Origin: Chiloscyllium plagiosum
Taxonomy: Eukaryota
Length of the DNA: 32,611 nt
Assembly: GCF_004010195.1 (NCBI RefSeq)
Contig: NC_057719.1
Span: 8,968,221-9,000,831, forward strand
Reading direction: 5' to 3'
Shown here: piece by piece, positions 1 through 10,230 of the stretch
Position numbering within the stretch: position 1 is the first letter of the stretch
Layout of the letters: every line of letters begins with the position of its first letter
Position numbers and translations under genes: made by a program
The notes under the pieces: generated by a model
The model's database searches: none
The model's input: only the letters and a program-made list of their open reading frames with translations
Told to the model about the DNA's origin: nothing

Positions 1-360
1 CTATCTACCTCTTCTTTAAGTACTTTCAGTAATCTCGCCTCCATCATTCTCTGGGATAGAGAATTCCAGACATTCAGTAACCCCCGGGAGAAGAAATTCC
101 TTTGTGTCTCAGTTTCAAATGAGTGACTTTGTTGCCGAGTTCAAGATTCCCAACACCTCAACATCTACCTTGACTAGATCCCCTCGAATCCTCAATATTT
201 TATAAAGGTCACCTGCCATTCTTTTAAACTCTAAAGAATAAAGACCAGGCCTGTCTAGACATTCTCAATAGGTCAACCCCTTCATCCTTGGAATAAGCCC
301 CATGCATCTCTTTTGAACTGCCTCCAACATCAGTGCACCATTTCTTAAACTGAAGGTGAC
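1..360 (-). mobile_element. CR1/HER1-type LINE ORF2 3' fragment (degenerate)
   Basis: The minus strand reads like the CR1 ORF2 C-terminus (gaattccaga, agaagaaattcct, ataaaggtcacct, aaactctaaagaata, i.e. YSLEF..GDL). The same motifs recur in other copies in the window. Confidence 0.8.
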
Positions 361-362
361 AC

Positions 363-908
363 CGCCTGACTCCCCAAAGCTGTCCACCATCAACAAGGCA
401 CAAGGTCAGGTGTGTGATGGAATACTCCCCACTTGCTTGGATTGTTACGAAGTTCCAATAACACTTAAGATGGTCAACACCACCCAGGACAAAGCAGCCC
501 ACTTGATTGGCACCACATCCACAAGCATGCGCTCCCTCCACCACTGATGCTTAGGAATAGCACTGAGTATTATCTACAAGATGCATTGTGGAAATTCACC
601 AAAGGTTTTTCCAAAGCACCTTCCAAACCCCTGACACGTCCACCCAGAAGGACAAGGGCAGCAGATAAATGGGAACACCACCTACCTGCAAGTTCACTCT
701 GAAGCTAGTCACCATCCTAACTTAGAAATTGATTGCCGTCCCTTCATTGTCAACATCCTGGAATTCCTTCCTTAAAAGCATTGTGGGTCAGCAGGTGGAC
801 TGCAGCAGTTCAAGAAGGCAGCTCACCACCACTTTCTCAAGGGGCAACTAGGGACCGACAATAAATGCTGCACAGCCAGCCACATCCCACAAATAAATTT
901 TTAAAAAA
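363..908 (+). mobile_element. LINE family A (CR1/L2-group) 3' fragment with tail
   Basis: ORF 356-547 retains LSTINKAQ, QDKAAHLIG and SLHH. The element ends in caataaatgctg..cacatccca plus an A-rich tail and is homologous to 11760-12390 and 27992-28182. Confidence 0.8.
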
Positions 909-1394
909 GCTCATCACTGCATCCACGATAGATTGTGAGGGCTATTCAGATCTGGGTTGACTACAGTAGCTGTTGTTAGATTCCCAGATACCCACCAATA
1001 TCACATCGTTCAACACCTTCTGCGTTGCAAATGGTAGAGATGCCTTTTTCAGAGAAGGAAAGAAAAATCAATGCTATTGACCTGATTTCTCTTTAACATT
1101 GGTGCACTGGCCATCTCAGAACAGGATCATGCTGATATGCAGCTGAGGTTTACATGTTTACTGTTGAACCTGAGCTTTTACAAAACTAAGCTTCCCGTTT
1201 GCAGAACATTGTAAGAATGCCCAGTCCAGATTTGGCTGGCTGAAGAAAGCCTCAACCAGCTTCCCAACACAGCGCAGGCTCGATGAAAATCATAAAGCTG
1301 ATGTCCCATGCCAGTGTGTGTGATGCTTCAATACATAAGAAACAGGAGCAGGAGTAAGCCAACAAGATCTATACTGTTTAATACAATCTCACCG

Positions 1395-1511
1395 AGTCAC
1401 AGAGTCACAGAGATGTACAGCACAGAAACAGACCCTTCGGTCCAACTCGCCCATGCCAACCAGATATCCTAACATAATCTAGTTCCATTTGCCAGCACGT
1501 GGCCCATTTCC
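1395..1511 (-). mobile_element. HER1/CR1 LINE 3' tail fragment
   Basis: agtcacagagatgtacagcacagaaacagacccttcggtccaac matches the tails at 13506, 24075 and 27497. Confidence 0.75.
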
Positions 1512-1578
1512 ATGGAGGGTCAATGTGGACTTGTTGGGCCAAATGGCCTGGTTCCAGACTATAGGGATTCTATTCTAT
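1512..1578 (+). mobile_element. HE1 SINE 3' tail fragment
   Basis: gtggacttgttgggccaaatggcctggttccagactatagggattcta is the HE1 tail seen in the other copies. Confidence 0.7.
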
Positions 1579-1723
1579 TAGCAATCGTCCTCTCTTTGCT
1601 AAAGAATTTCAATCAGCTCAGTTTACGAAATGTGATACTTTGAACTGAGATGTCAGCATGAGGAACGTGTGAAACATAAGACATTTTACATGTTACACTA
1701 AACAGAAGGGGCCGAATATCTTT

Positions 1724-1866
1724 GGACGGCTGGTTTGTGATGCAGACTGATCCCGACAGTGTGGGTTCAATTCCTGCTGAGGTTACCAAGAAGGTCCCTT
1801 CACAATCTCTCCCCTCACCTGAGGTGACCCTTTGTTTAACCAGGTGTCTCTCTCTGACGAGAAAGT
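1724..1866 (+). mobile_element. tRNA-derived SINE family C (partial)
   Basis: gacggctggtttg..gggttcaattcc (B-box-like)..ctctcccctcacctgaggtgaccct. Homologous to the reverse copy at 20369-20570. Confidence 0.6.
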
Positions 1867-1889
1867 CGGATCTTAACCTCTAAGTTGTA

Positions 1890-2135
1890 CAAAAGAGGCC
1901 ATTTGGGTGTATGCTGGTAATTATACTCAACATTGGACTCCTCCCATCTGATTTATTTAATCCATCCAACATATTAATTATCAATATAAAATAATTCCAT
2001 CCCTTTCTGCCTCGAGCATCCCTGAAGTACAATGATGTGCCTTAATGACTCTCTGAGGTAGCAAGTTCCACATTCTAACTAGTCTCTTGGGTAAAGGAAT
2101 TTCTCCTGAATTCCAAGTTGGACAAATTAGTTTAT
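1890..2135 (-). mobile_element. old CR1-type 3' fragment
   Basis: gaggccatt (tail) and ggtagcaagttccacattcta..gggtaaaggaatttctcctgaattcc motifs. Confidence 0.5.
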
Positions 2136-2904
2136 TTTATACACGCCAAGAGAACATAATCAAAAAAAAAAGCTTATTTTGATATTTTTGGCATGAGAAA
2201 TTGCCTCAGGTATATACGGCAGGTTGCAATTTGACATTGTTTATATTTTCCCGACTGTTAATACCACTCGTATTTCAGTAACAAAATCCTCTCAAAAGTT
2301 TGTAAAGTACATTAGAGTTAATTAAAAGTGACCCTTGGCTTTATTTCACTTCTGTAGGCTCCAGGGATCCTGGTAATGAACGGGTACCGAGAAATGCCAG
2401 CTTGTGATTTGCGTTATAATGCATGATGCTTCAGGCACCCCCTGAGGCCTATGTAGACAAGGCCTGTGATTGAAACCAGTCTCTTTTAAATAAAGTTTGT
2501 CAAAAGTCAATAATTGGAAGGTACACCAGATTTGCTCATATTTTTTAGTAGTGATTTGGAAGTGCTCGAGAGCTGAGTTCTCCATCATAGCCCTCCTGAC
2601 CCACATACTGATTCCAAAAAAGAAACTCCACGATTGGTTACATGCACGAGCACAGTTTAAGTTGGAACAAGATATAACTGCAGATGAGGGATTCAACCAT
2701 AGTCAGGGTGTGCCAGCTGCCCCTGTTTGCAGGAAGGGAATACCAGCTGTTGATTTCTGACTCGTATCCAATGTCTACTGTTGGGAGCTGGTGTGAAGGG
2801 AGGAATGGGCTTGGTATTGTGGTGTTCTTCCATTCTCAAGGAACCTAATGAGTGGAATGCCCGAGTCGGGGAGACGATCTTGGTCATGGTTCCCAGTGGA
2901 ACCA

Positions 2905-3159
2905 GCCCTTACATTATCCCAGTCCCAACCCTCCGATTTGGCACCACCCTCCTGACCTGTCCATTGCCTTTCCCATCTATCCGCTCCTCTCTGACCTATC
3001 ACCTTCTCTTCCATCTTCATCTACTGATCGCATTTCCAGCGACCTCCCCCAACCTACAAGCCTCACTCCTGATGAAGGGCTTATGCCTGAAACGTCGATT
3101 CTCCTGCTCCTCGGATGCTGCCAGACCTGCTGTGCTTTTCCAGCACCACACTCTCAACA
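2905..3159 (+). mobile_element. Penelope-like element 3' region/pseudo-LTR (family P1)
   Basis: A pyrimidine-rich 3' region followed by ctgatgaagggcttatgcctgaaacgtcgattctcctgctcctcggatgctgcc. Homologous to 17150-17577, which carries the GIY-YIG C-terminus. Confidence 0.8.
3065..3100 (+). ncRNA. minimal type-I hammerhead ribozyme motif (PLE-associated)
   Basis: CTGATGA (3069-3075), A, stem II GGGC-TTAT-GCCT, GAAA (3089-3092), C-GTC (3094-3096). The palindromic ACGT gives a loopless stem III. Confidence 0.7.
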
Positions 3160-3499
3160 TCGTATATCAGCTGTCTGTTACCGAAACTGTTCCATTTCCA
3201 TTGGATTGGGAACGTGGGACGTTGGATATTGATGGCCGGTTGTAAAGGTTATGTCTGGTGGGATGGGGACATATCGAAAATGTACCCCACTGTCTCAGTC
3301 TGTTCACATGATATGGAAAATGGTACCAATGCTCAGTCACTGCCCATCCCTCACTGACTTGGGAAGATTTGAGATGGTCACCTTCATCAAAAACAATTGC
3401 TTCTAAATGTGGCTGGAAGTCCAGCGGTCCTATTGCAACTCAAACCATTCATTAAGTGTGACCCTTTTTTTGGGATGGAGCTCCAATGTGATAATTTCT

Positions 3500-3630
3500 T
3501 AGAATCATAGAAGCCTTACAGTGTGGAAGCAGGCCACTCAGCCCATTGAGTCTATAACTTGAGGGCAGCACAACAAAACCAGCCCAGAGTCCACTCTAGA
3601 ACCTGTGACAGTTGCATTGCCCACTGTTGA
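3500..3630 (-). mobile_element. HE1 SINE tail fragment
   Basis: agaatcatagaagccttacagtgtggaagcaggcc is the reversed HE1 tail. Confidence 0.65.
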
Positions 3631-4210
3631 CTGTGCGAGAATCTCAGGGTGAAATTGGGAAAGGAGATCATTTGCATCAGTTGCTTGGTCACGTTGAATA
3701 GTTGCTTTGTTGATGGATCACAAACCAATCGTGCTGCTGATAACCAGCAGTCTGATCATGGTGAAGATCCACCAAGCACCATTTCTTTCTTTTTGTTGTG
3801 AAGAGTCAGTTTCTCGCTCTGCACTTGAAAATGCAAGTTTGAATAAACACGAGTGGGCACACTTCGCTGCAAATAAACTGCAGTTCAGCAAACCTGTCAA
3901 ATTCAATAATTTACCATTACCGCAGGAGTGTATAATTTTAAAAGGTTTTATTATAAACTTCAACATTTTAACAACTGTTTCAAAACAATTTTTTGGGAGA
4001 TTTGCTGGTAACCACAATATCTCAGCCTGTCACAGGCTCTCTTAACCTGGCAAGAGAAAACGATATTGATTTTGTCAGTTCCCAAAATTGCTCTCTTTAC
4101 TCTTTACTCCCCCCTCAAAGCAATGCATTTAATTGCATGGGGGGAGGGGGGGGAGGAATTAATAGAAGGTTGAGACAGAAGTAAGAACAAAAACATGCTT
4201 GTTTGGAATA

Positions 4211-4413
4211 GGGGTGGCACAGTGGTTAGCACTGCTGCCTCACAGTGCCAGGGACCCAGGTTCAATTCCAGCTTTGAATGAATGCCTGTGTGAAGTTGCA
4301 CATTCTCCCTGCATGGGTTCCCTCCGGATGCTCTGTTTTCCTCCCACAGTCCAAAGATGTGCAGGTTAAGGTAGGTTGGCTGTGCCCATAGAGGGTACAA
4401 GTTAGGTAGGCTA
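4211..4413 (+). mobile_element. HE1 V-SINE, 3'-truncated
   Basis: tRNA head with A box (tggcacagtgg) and B box (ggttcaattcc), then V-domain ttttcctcccacagtccaaagatgtgcagg. Confidence 0.9.
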
Positions 4414-4668
4414 GTCACACTGACCCTCCGAAGACTAACCCACCCAGACCCATTTCCCTCTGACTAATGCACCTAACACTATGGGCAATTTAACATGGCC
4501 AATTCACCTAACCTGCACATCTTTGGACTGTGGGAGGAAACCGGAGCACCCGAAGGAAACCCATGCAGACACAGGGAGAATGTGCAAACTCCACACGGAC
4601 AGTCGCCCGAGACTGGGATCGAACCTGGGACCCTGCTGCAGCGAGGCAGCTAACCACTGTGCCACCCC
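4414..4668 (-). mobile_element. HE1 V-SINE, tail clipped
   Basis: Reverse complement of the HE1 head and V-domain (ctttggactgtgggaggaaaccggagcacc..gctaaccactgtgccacccc). Confidence 0.9.
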
Positions 4669-5340
4669 GAAAAGAACTAATTGAGTTGCTATGTTTCCTA
4701 AATTCCTTTGCTGTATTTCCTAAATTCTCTCCTCCAATGCCCGACTGAGATTTTATGATCACAGCCTCCCTATAAACTACACATTCAAGAAAATAACGTT
4801 TCTCACTGTGGAGCCTATCAATCTATTTCTTCCGAAGTTCCTCTATCAACCCGCCTCTGAGCCTTCTCTATTCCAGGTAATTTATCTATACGCTCGGTAA
4901 ATGGGCAATCTCTTCTCGTTTCTCAGACTTGATGGTCTTCTGAAAATCATTTAGGACTGTTTGTGAAGAACAGGGCGATGAAGGTAAGCAACAAAGTCAT
5001 TGGATCTGGGTCTGTAGCAGATGATGGAATTTGAATTCAGTCAAATAAGTTTGGAATTGTAAGTTGGGTTGGGCAATAAAACAGTGGGGTTATCTGGAAA
5101 GGAGGGGGTGTAGATTGGGACTCATGATGGGGAGAGAGTAAGGGGGAAGAGATCCTCAGAGCTCCTGGATCGTCTGTATCATTCCCTTCATCTGGCATGG
5201 TGCAACAACGTAGAGGTTGGAAACTGTACGCACATCCGAGCAAGCGAGCACGGACGCACAGTTGCCCTGCAGATCCAGTTGTAACATACACCAGCTTCTT
5301 CTAAACTCAAATGAACAAAAGCCCAAACTGACAAGTTATT

Positions 5341-5840
5341 CGAGAAAGGCAGTCAACATCATCAGAGACCTCTCCAGCTCCAGTCTCCAGTCTCTTCCAA
5401 CCTCTTTTGTCAGTCAGTAGATATAAAAGCTTAAAAACATGCATCAACAGGTTCAAGAACAGCTTCTTCCCTGCTATTATTAGACTGATGAATGGAGCTC
5501 TCAAATTTTAACTTTAATGTTGATCTCGCTCTTTGTGAGCCTTCTCTGCAGCTGTAACATTATATTCCTCACTCTGTTAACCTGACTCACTTTGTCTGGT
5601 ATGATCTGCCTGTACTGCTCGCAAAACAAAGCTTTTCACTATACTTAGGTACGGAGGAACCTCAATTATCTGAAGAACACAGGCGGGGAGTATTTCCTTC
5701 AGTTAATCGAATGCCGGATAACATAGTTAGCCAACCATCGGCACCTTGCGATCTTGTTTGGATAATCTGGAATTCGGTTAATAGAATTTGGATAATCAAG
5801 GTTCTGCGGTACATGTGACAATGATAAATCAAACCAAAGA
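5341..5840 (+). mobile_element. Rex1/Babar LINE 3' fragment (interrupted by a MITE)
   Basis: Translates to RKAVNIIRDLS and NRFKNSFFPAIIRLMN, the typical Rex1 C-terminus. Tail gcttttcact..ggtacatgtgacaat. Confidence 0.8.
5652..5809. mobile_element. Tc1/mariner (pogo/Tigger-like) MITE, 158 bp
   Basis: TA at 5650-5651 and 5810-5811. Terminal inverted repeats cggaggaacctcaattatctga vs ccgcagaaccttgattatccaa (15/22, four mismatches explained by CpG decay). Removing it restores the Rex1 tail. Confidence 0.8.
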
Positions 5841-5845
5841 TCAGT

Positions 5846-6062
5846 CAAACCCTTCATTCCAGGAATCTGGCTAGTGAATCTCTTTTAAACCGCCTCCAAT
5901 AATGTTGCATCCCTTTTAAAACATGTGGAGCTAAACTGTACACAGTACCCCAGGTGTGGCCTCCTGTACAGTTGTGACATGATATCCCTATTCTCAAATT
6001 CCAATCCCCTGCCTCAGCCCATCAAGGCCAACATTCCATTTACCTTCTTAATTACTTACTGC
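5846..6062 (-). mobile_element. CR1-type ORF2 fragment
   Basis: aaactgtacacagtaccccaggtgtggcct and aaggccaacattcc (minus strand RPHLGYCVQF and GMLAL). Confidence 0.75.
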
Positions 6063-6169
6063 GAAAGGCCTATTGAGGTCAGACCTTGAAATACTAAGAG
6101 TTTTGGCCTCCTGAACGACAGAATGATGCATTTGCTTTCAAGTAGGCTTAGTGAAGGTTCACGTCACAG

Positions 6170-6490
6170 GTGGAGGTAGCATAGAGGTATGTTGCTACAC
6201 TTCTGATCTGAAATCCCAGCAGTACCCCGCAAAGATGGATCAAAATCCCACCAGGGCAGGTACTGAAATTGTGAATTCAGTCGAAGTCTGGACTGAGAAG
6301 CTGTCTCTGTGATCAACACGTAATCACTATGGAGCGCAGTTGAAAGCCCAAGTGGTCCCCAAATGCCTTTTCGGGAAGGAAGTCTGCTGTCCTACATGTG
6401 GCTCCAGATTCATAGCAACATGGCTGCCATCTAGGCAACAAATGTTAGATTAGCCACTGACACCATATCATATGGGCAAATAAAGAAAAG
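6170..6490 (+). mobile_element. tRNA-derived SINE family B (diverged)
   Basis: aaatcccacca..gggaaggaagtctgc..tacatgtggctccaga core plus an A-rich tail. Confidence 0.7.
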
Positions 6491-6554
6491 CTAGACCAAT
6501 TCATAGGATGTGGGTATTGCCTTTTAAGGAGAGATTGAAAGGGAGCAGAAAGAC

Positions 6555-6895
6555 TTTTATATATTCATTCACAGGATGAGGGCATCACTGGCCTGTCCCT
6601 AATTGCCCAGAGGGCAGTTAAAAAGCAATCACATTGCTGTGAGTCTGGAGTCACATGTAGTTTAGACCAGGTAATAATGGCAGTTTCCTTCCCAAATGGT
6701 CATTGGTGAACCAAATGGGCTTTTCCAACAATTGACAATGGATACACATCATAATTATACTCTTCATTTCAGATGATTTTTGAATTAAATTTCTACTATC
6801 TAGTCATGGCAGGATTCAAATCCAGGGCTCCAGGACATGACCTGGGTCACTGGGTTAACAAACCAACAATAAAACCACCAGGGCGTCCTCTCCCC
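6555..6895 (-). mobile_element. tRNA-derived SINE family B
   Basis: gtctggagtcacatgtag..ggcagtttccttccc..gtgaacca is the reversed family-B core. Confidence 0.8.
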
Positions 6896-7652
6896 TTAAA
6901 GGTAATCTCATTTAAACATACAAAATTCTCCAACCATTTGACAGGGTAGTCGTTGTGAAGATATTTTTCCTGGGTTGAAGAGTCCAGATAATGGGGGACC
7001 CAGTCCAAGAACAAATCTATCTTTGAGAAGTGTAGAAAATCATTTACTCAGAGGATTATACATCTTGGCAATTGTCAAGAGAGCTCTGGATGCTCAGACA
7101 GCGAGTACGATGAAGACAGAGATTAAAAGACGTTTGAACGAGAGGAATTAAGGGATGGTCAGGAAGGTGGAACTGAGGTTGTCGATCAGGCGTGTTGTTT
7201 TTCACTGGTGGAGCCGGACTGAGGAGCTGTATCAGATCCTACATCCCATTTTATAAATTTTCTTCAACTTCTCGGCTCCCCTATTCGACTCTCACTTGGT
7301 ATCCTCTTCAGTAGCAGGAGTAGGCCCCAGGCCTTTTTCTAGGTTTCTTGATGAACAAAATTAAATTTAAAGAAATTTGTTCAAGGTTCACAACCCAGTC
7401 AGCTATTGTAGTAATGAGATGAGTCCTTGATTACTTTCGGCAAACAGGAGATTAAATTAATATTTAGACTGTCTCCAAGGCAGGTTGGATACCAGCAGCA
7501 GGAAGGCTCAGTGGATCTTACAGGCAGACCGAACAATGCTGTGAAACAAGGCTGCTTACTCTGGGAGCTATGACAAGGCCAGAAGGGAACAATGGCTGTT
7601 TGGTGAGGAGGCAGGTACCAAGAATACCACCAACACCCCTGATGGCTCTCAT

Positions 7653-8870
7653 CAACATAGAAACATAGAATACAATTGCAGGAGTAGGTCATTCGACCCC
7701 TCGAGCCTGCTGCACCATTCAATAGGATCATGGCTGATCATCGAGATCAATACCTGGACCATCCCTCTCCCAATATCCCTTAATCCCTTTAGCTGCAAGA
7801 GCTAAATTGACTTTCGCCTGAAAAGCACATTATGTTTTGGCCTCAACCACTTGCTGTGACAGTGAATTCCACAAGTTCACCACTCTCTGGGTTAAGAAAT
7901 TTCTTCTAATCTCAGTCCTTATCCTTAATCTAGGACCCGCTGGTTGTGGTCTCCCCCACTAACGGGAACATCCATACTGTACCTAACATGTTAGAATTTT
8001 ATAAGTTTTTGATGAGATCACCTCTGATTCTTCTAAACACCGGTAAATACAATCCTCAATCTCTCTTCGTACATCAGTCCTGCTATTCAATGGAATCAAT
8101 TGGAGAAACCTTTGTTGCATTCCCTCAATAGCAAGGACATAGTGATAATCCTGTGGCTTTAAGAGGTGAATTTTCTCCTGGCCTGTTTACAGAGACGTTT
8201 TAAGACAGAGATGAAGAGCTATCTACTTGGAAAGCCAGTAAACAGCTTGTGAGACCTTGGGCTTTTTTTTAAAGTTGGATCAATAGAAGCAGCCTGGTTG
8301 GGTGTGCCCAGCTCTCACAAATCAGGATTTCTTTTTAGCTTTTTGGTTTAGCTTTAAGCAGTTGCTGTTGGAGTCTCAACAGGGCAGAAGCTGCTGGAGT
8401 TGTGTATAAGTAGAAACTATTGTTTCCCTCTCTCGGTTACAACTAAGTGGGGTTTCTCTCTGCTGCTGGGTTATCTGTGAGACAAATCTATTTTTCTGAA
8501 TCTGCCTTTTTGACGAGGGGTATGTTTATGGGATGCTACTATATTAGAACAGTTAATTAGGGTAATAGTTAATGTATCTATTATTCTGTTAAGTTTGCCA
8601 GTCAAATTAAGCAATTTTAAATTCCTCTTTATTTTGTATTTTAGTTATAGTGTTTAAATAAATTGCGTTTTGTTTAACGTTGACCAGTCGCATTGCATCC
8701 GGAACACGGTACTTCACATTTGCCTTTGAAATAAGAAAATGTTAGGGTCCAGGCCACCTTCTCAACTTTTTTTGAGGGGGTCTGGTCTGGTCCATAACAA
8801 CATCCTTTCTCAGATAAAGAGACCAAAACTGCACACAATACCCTCACCAAGGCTCTGCATAACTGAAGCA
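7653..8870 (-). mobile_element. CR1 3' fragment interrupted by a solo LTR
   Basis: Tail aacatagaaacatagaa..ggagtaggtcattcg. The CR1 sequence resumes at 8800 (acatcctttctcagataaagagaccaaaactgcacacaata). Confidence 0.85.
8141..8799 (+). mobile_element. solo LTR, Gypsy-like, 659 bp
   Basis: Termini aGTGAT..ATAACA, 4-bp duplication ACAT (8137-8140 and 8800-8803), internal AATAAA near 8657, and a clean interruption of a CR1. Confidence 0.8.
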
Positions 8871-9796
8871 AGAAAATTGGTTCAAGTCAAAGTTGGGAAC
8901 TGACAAGTGACAAAGACGCAAGTAAGTCTCAAGTCCCACACCTTTGCACGATGGAAGTCTGCTTGTACCTCCTCTGTAAGTGACCATAGCCCAGCAAGCA
9001 TGTCAACAGTTGTCTTTGGGAATGGATTTACCCTCATGACATATCAAAGGGCAAAAAATACATCACTATCCTGCTTTGGTCCCTGGACTTCTACATACCT
9101 GAAAGGACGATGGCCTTTAATCTAATTCCCCTAGAGAAATAAAATATAGCAGGAATTTAAAAATATTCGATCTTCCCGGGGGTCCAGTTAAAAGCACCTC
9201 TCAGACTTACGAGGCTCTGACAGGATGCAACCAGTTTCGAAAAAAAAGTGTGGATTTGATAAGGGACGGTATGATTTTTCTCTAAACTTCCGATATGACA
9301 ATCTGGTATGCGATAGGCCACCTTTCTCCATCTGCGACAAAGCTTCTCACTATCAGTTAAACAAAAATAAATACTGGCTTGCTGAGGAGAGAGGACTCTT
9401 CAAATCTCTTTAGGCAATTCTGATTCAATGGCCCCCACCCACTTCGAGGAGCCACAGCAATAAGATGAACAAAAGAGAAATAAAAATCTTATCTCCCCCA
9501 TCGAGCAGGTACATAAGCTAGAGTGGCTGAAAATGAAAGGCTTTTTTGCTGCATCTTTTCAATGAGTGCACACATCTAATCTTACAGCCCAGGCAGCATT
9601 CTGAAGCAGCGAGAGAAAGAAAAATGGCCGCTGACATGAAACAAAATGGCTGCTTGATGATTGATCTTTCTTCACGTTTATAGCCTCCCTTTCTGCTTTT
9701 TTACCATTGGAATGAACTGACCTCATGCATTGCACTTTGTTTACTTAACAATCCATTGTACAGGTACAAAGTGGGGTGATGGCTTAGTGGTAGTAG

Positions 9797-10007
9797 AATT
9801 AGAATTGGAATTAGATTTTATTGTCACATGTACTCAAGTATAGGAATACATGAGTACAAAGTTACCATTCTCCAGCACTATCTTGGTTACAAAATGAGAA
9901 CTGTTAAAAAGTAGATAAGTTAAAAAAAAGGACCCAAAAGGCAAGAAAATATTCAGATCTTAAAGTCTGATGTCTTATCTCCATGAAGGTTTTTGGAACG
10001 CTCAGCC
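9797..10007 (-). mobile_element. LINE 3' tail insertion (Rex1/L2-type tail)
   Basis: Repetitive tail (tagaat)-like followed by ttttattgtcacatgtac, the reverse of the gtacatgtgacaat tail also seen at 5809. Confidence 0.55.
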
Positions 10008-10037
10008 TTTATTATCACTGGACTGTTAATCCAGGGA

Positions 10038-10230
10038 GAAAGTGAGGACTGCAGATGCTGGAGATCACAAACAAGAAGTGAGACGCTGGAAAAAAGCACA
10101 GCCAGTCAGGCAGCATCCAAGGAGCAGGCGAATCGACATTTCGAGCATAAGCCCCTCAACGTTCTCATTTCACTCTCCTGCTCCTTTGATACCGCCTGAC
10201 CAGCTGTGCTTTTCCAGCACCATACTTTTT
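10038..10230. mobile_element. fold-back Penelope-like mini-insertion (P1)
   Basis: A reverse pLTR with tail plus a forward partial pLTR. Exact 17-bp duplication gactgttaatccaggga at 10021-10037 and 10231-10247. Confidence 0.85.

Larger units (their letters stand above)
6064..7255 (+). mobile_element. old CR1 3' fragment split by two SINE-B insertions
   Basis: Colinear CR1 pieces at about 6064-6165, 6490-6550 and 6896-7255 (ggtaatctcatttaaacatacaaaattctc ~ GDLIETYKIL) ending in a CR1 tail. Confidence 0.65.

Noticed and set aside
1185..1320. Possible 109-nt exon 1205-1313 open in one frame
   Set aside because: Weak donor (CCA/gtgtgt), unrecognised peptide and no partner exons.
2781..3245. Overlapping 154-aa and 126-aa ORFs
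   Set aside because: They lie mostly in the non-coding pyrimidine-rich PLE end. Peptides such as MLPDLLCFSSTT recur at other PLE copies.
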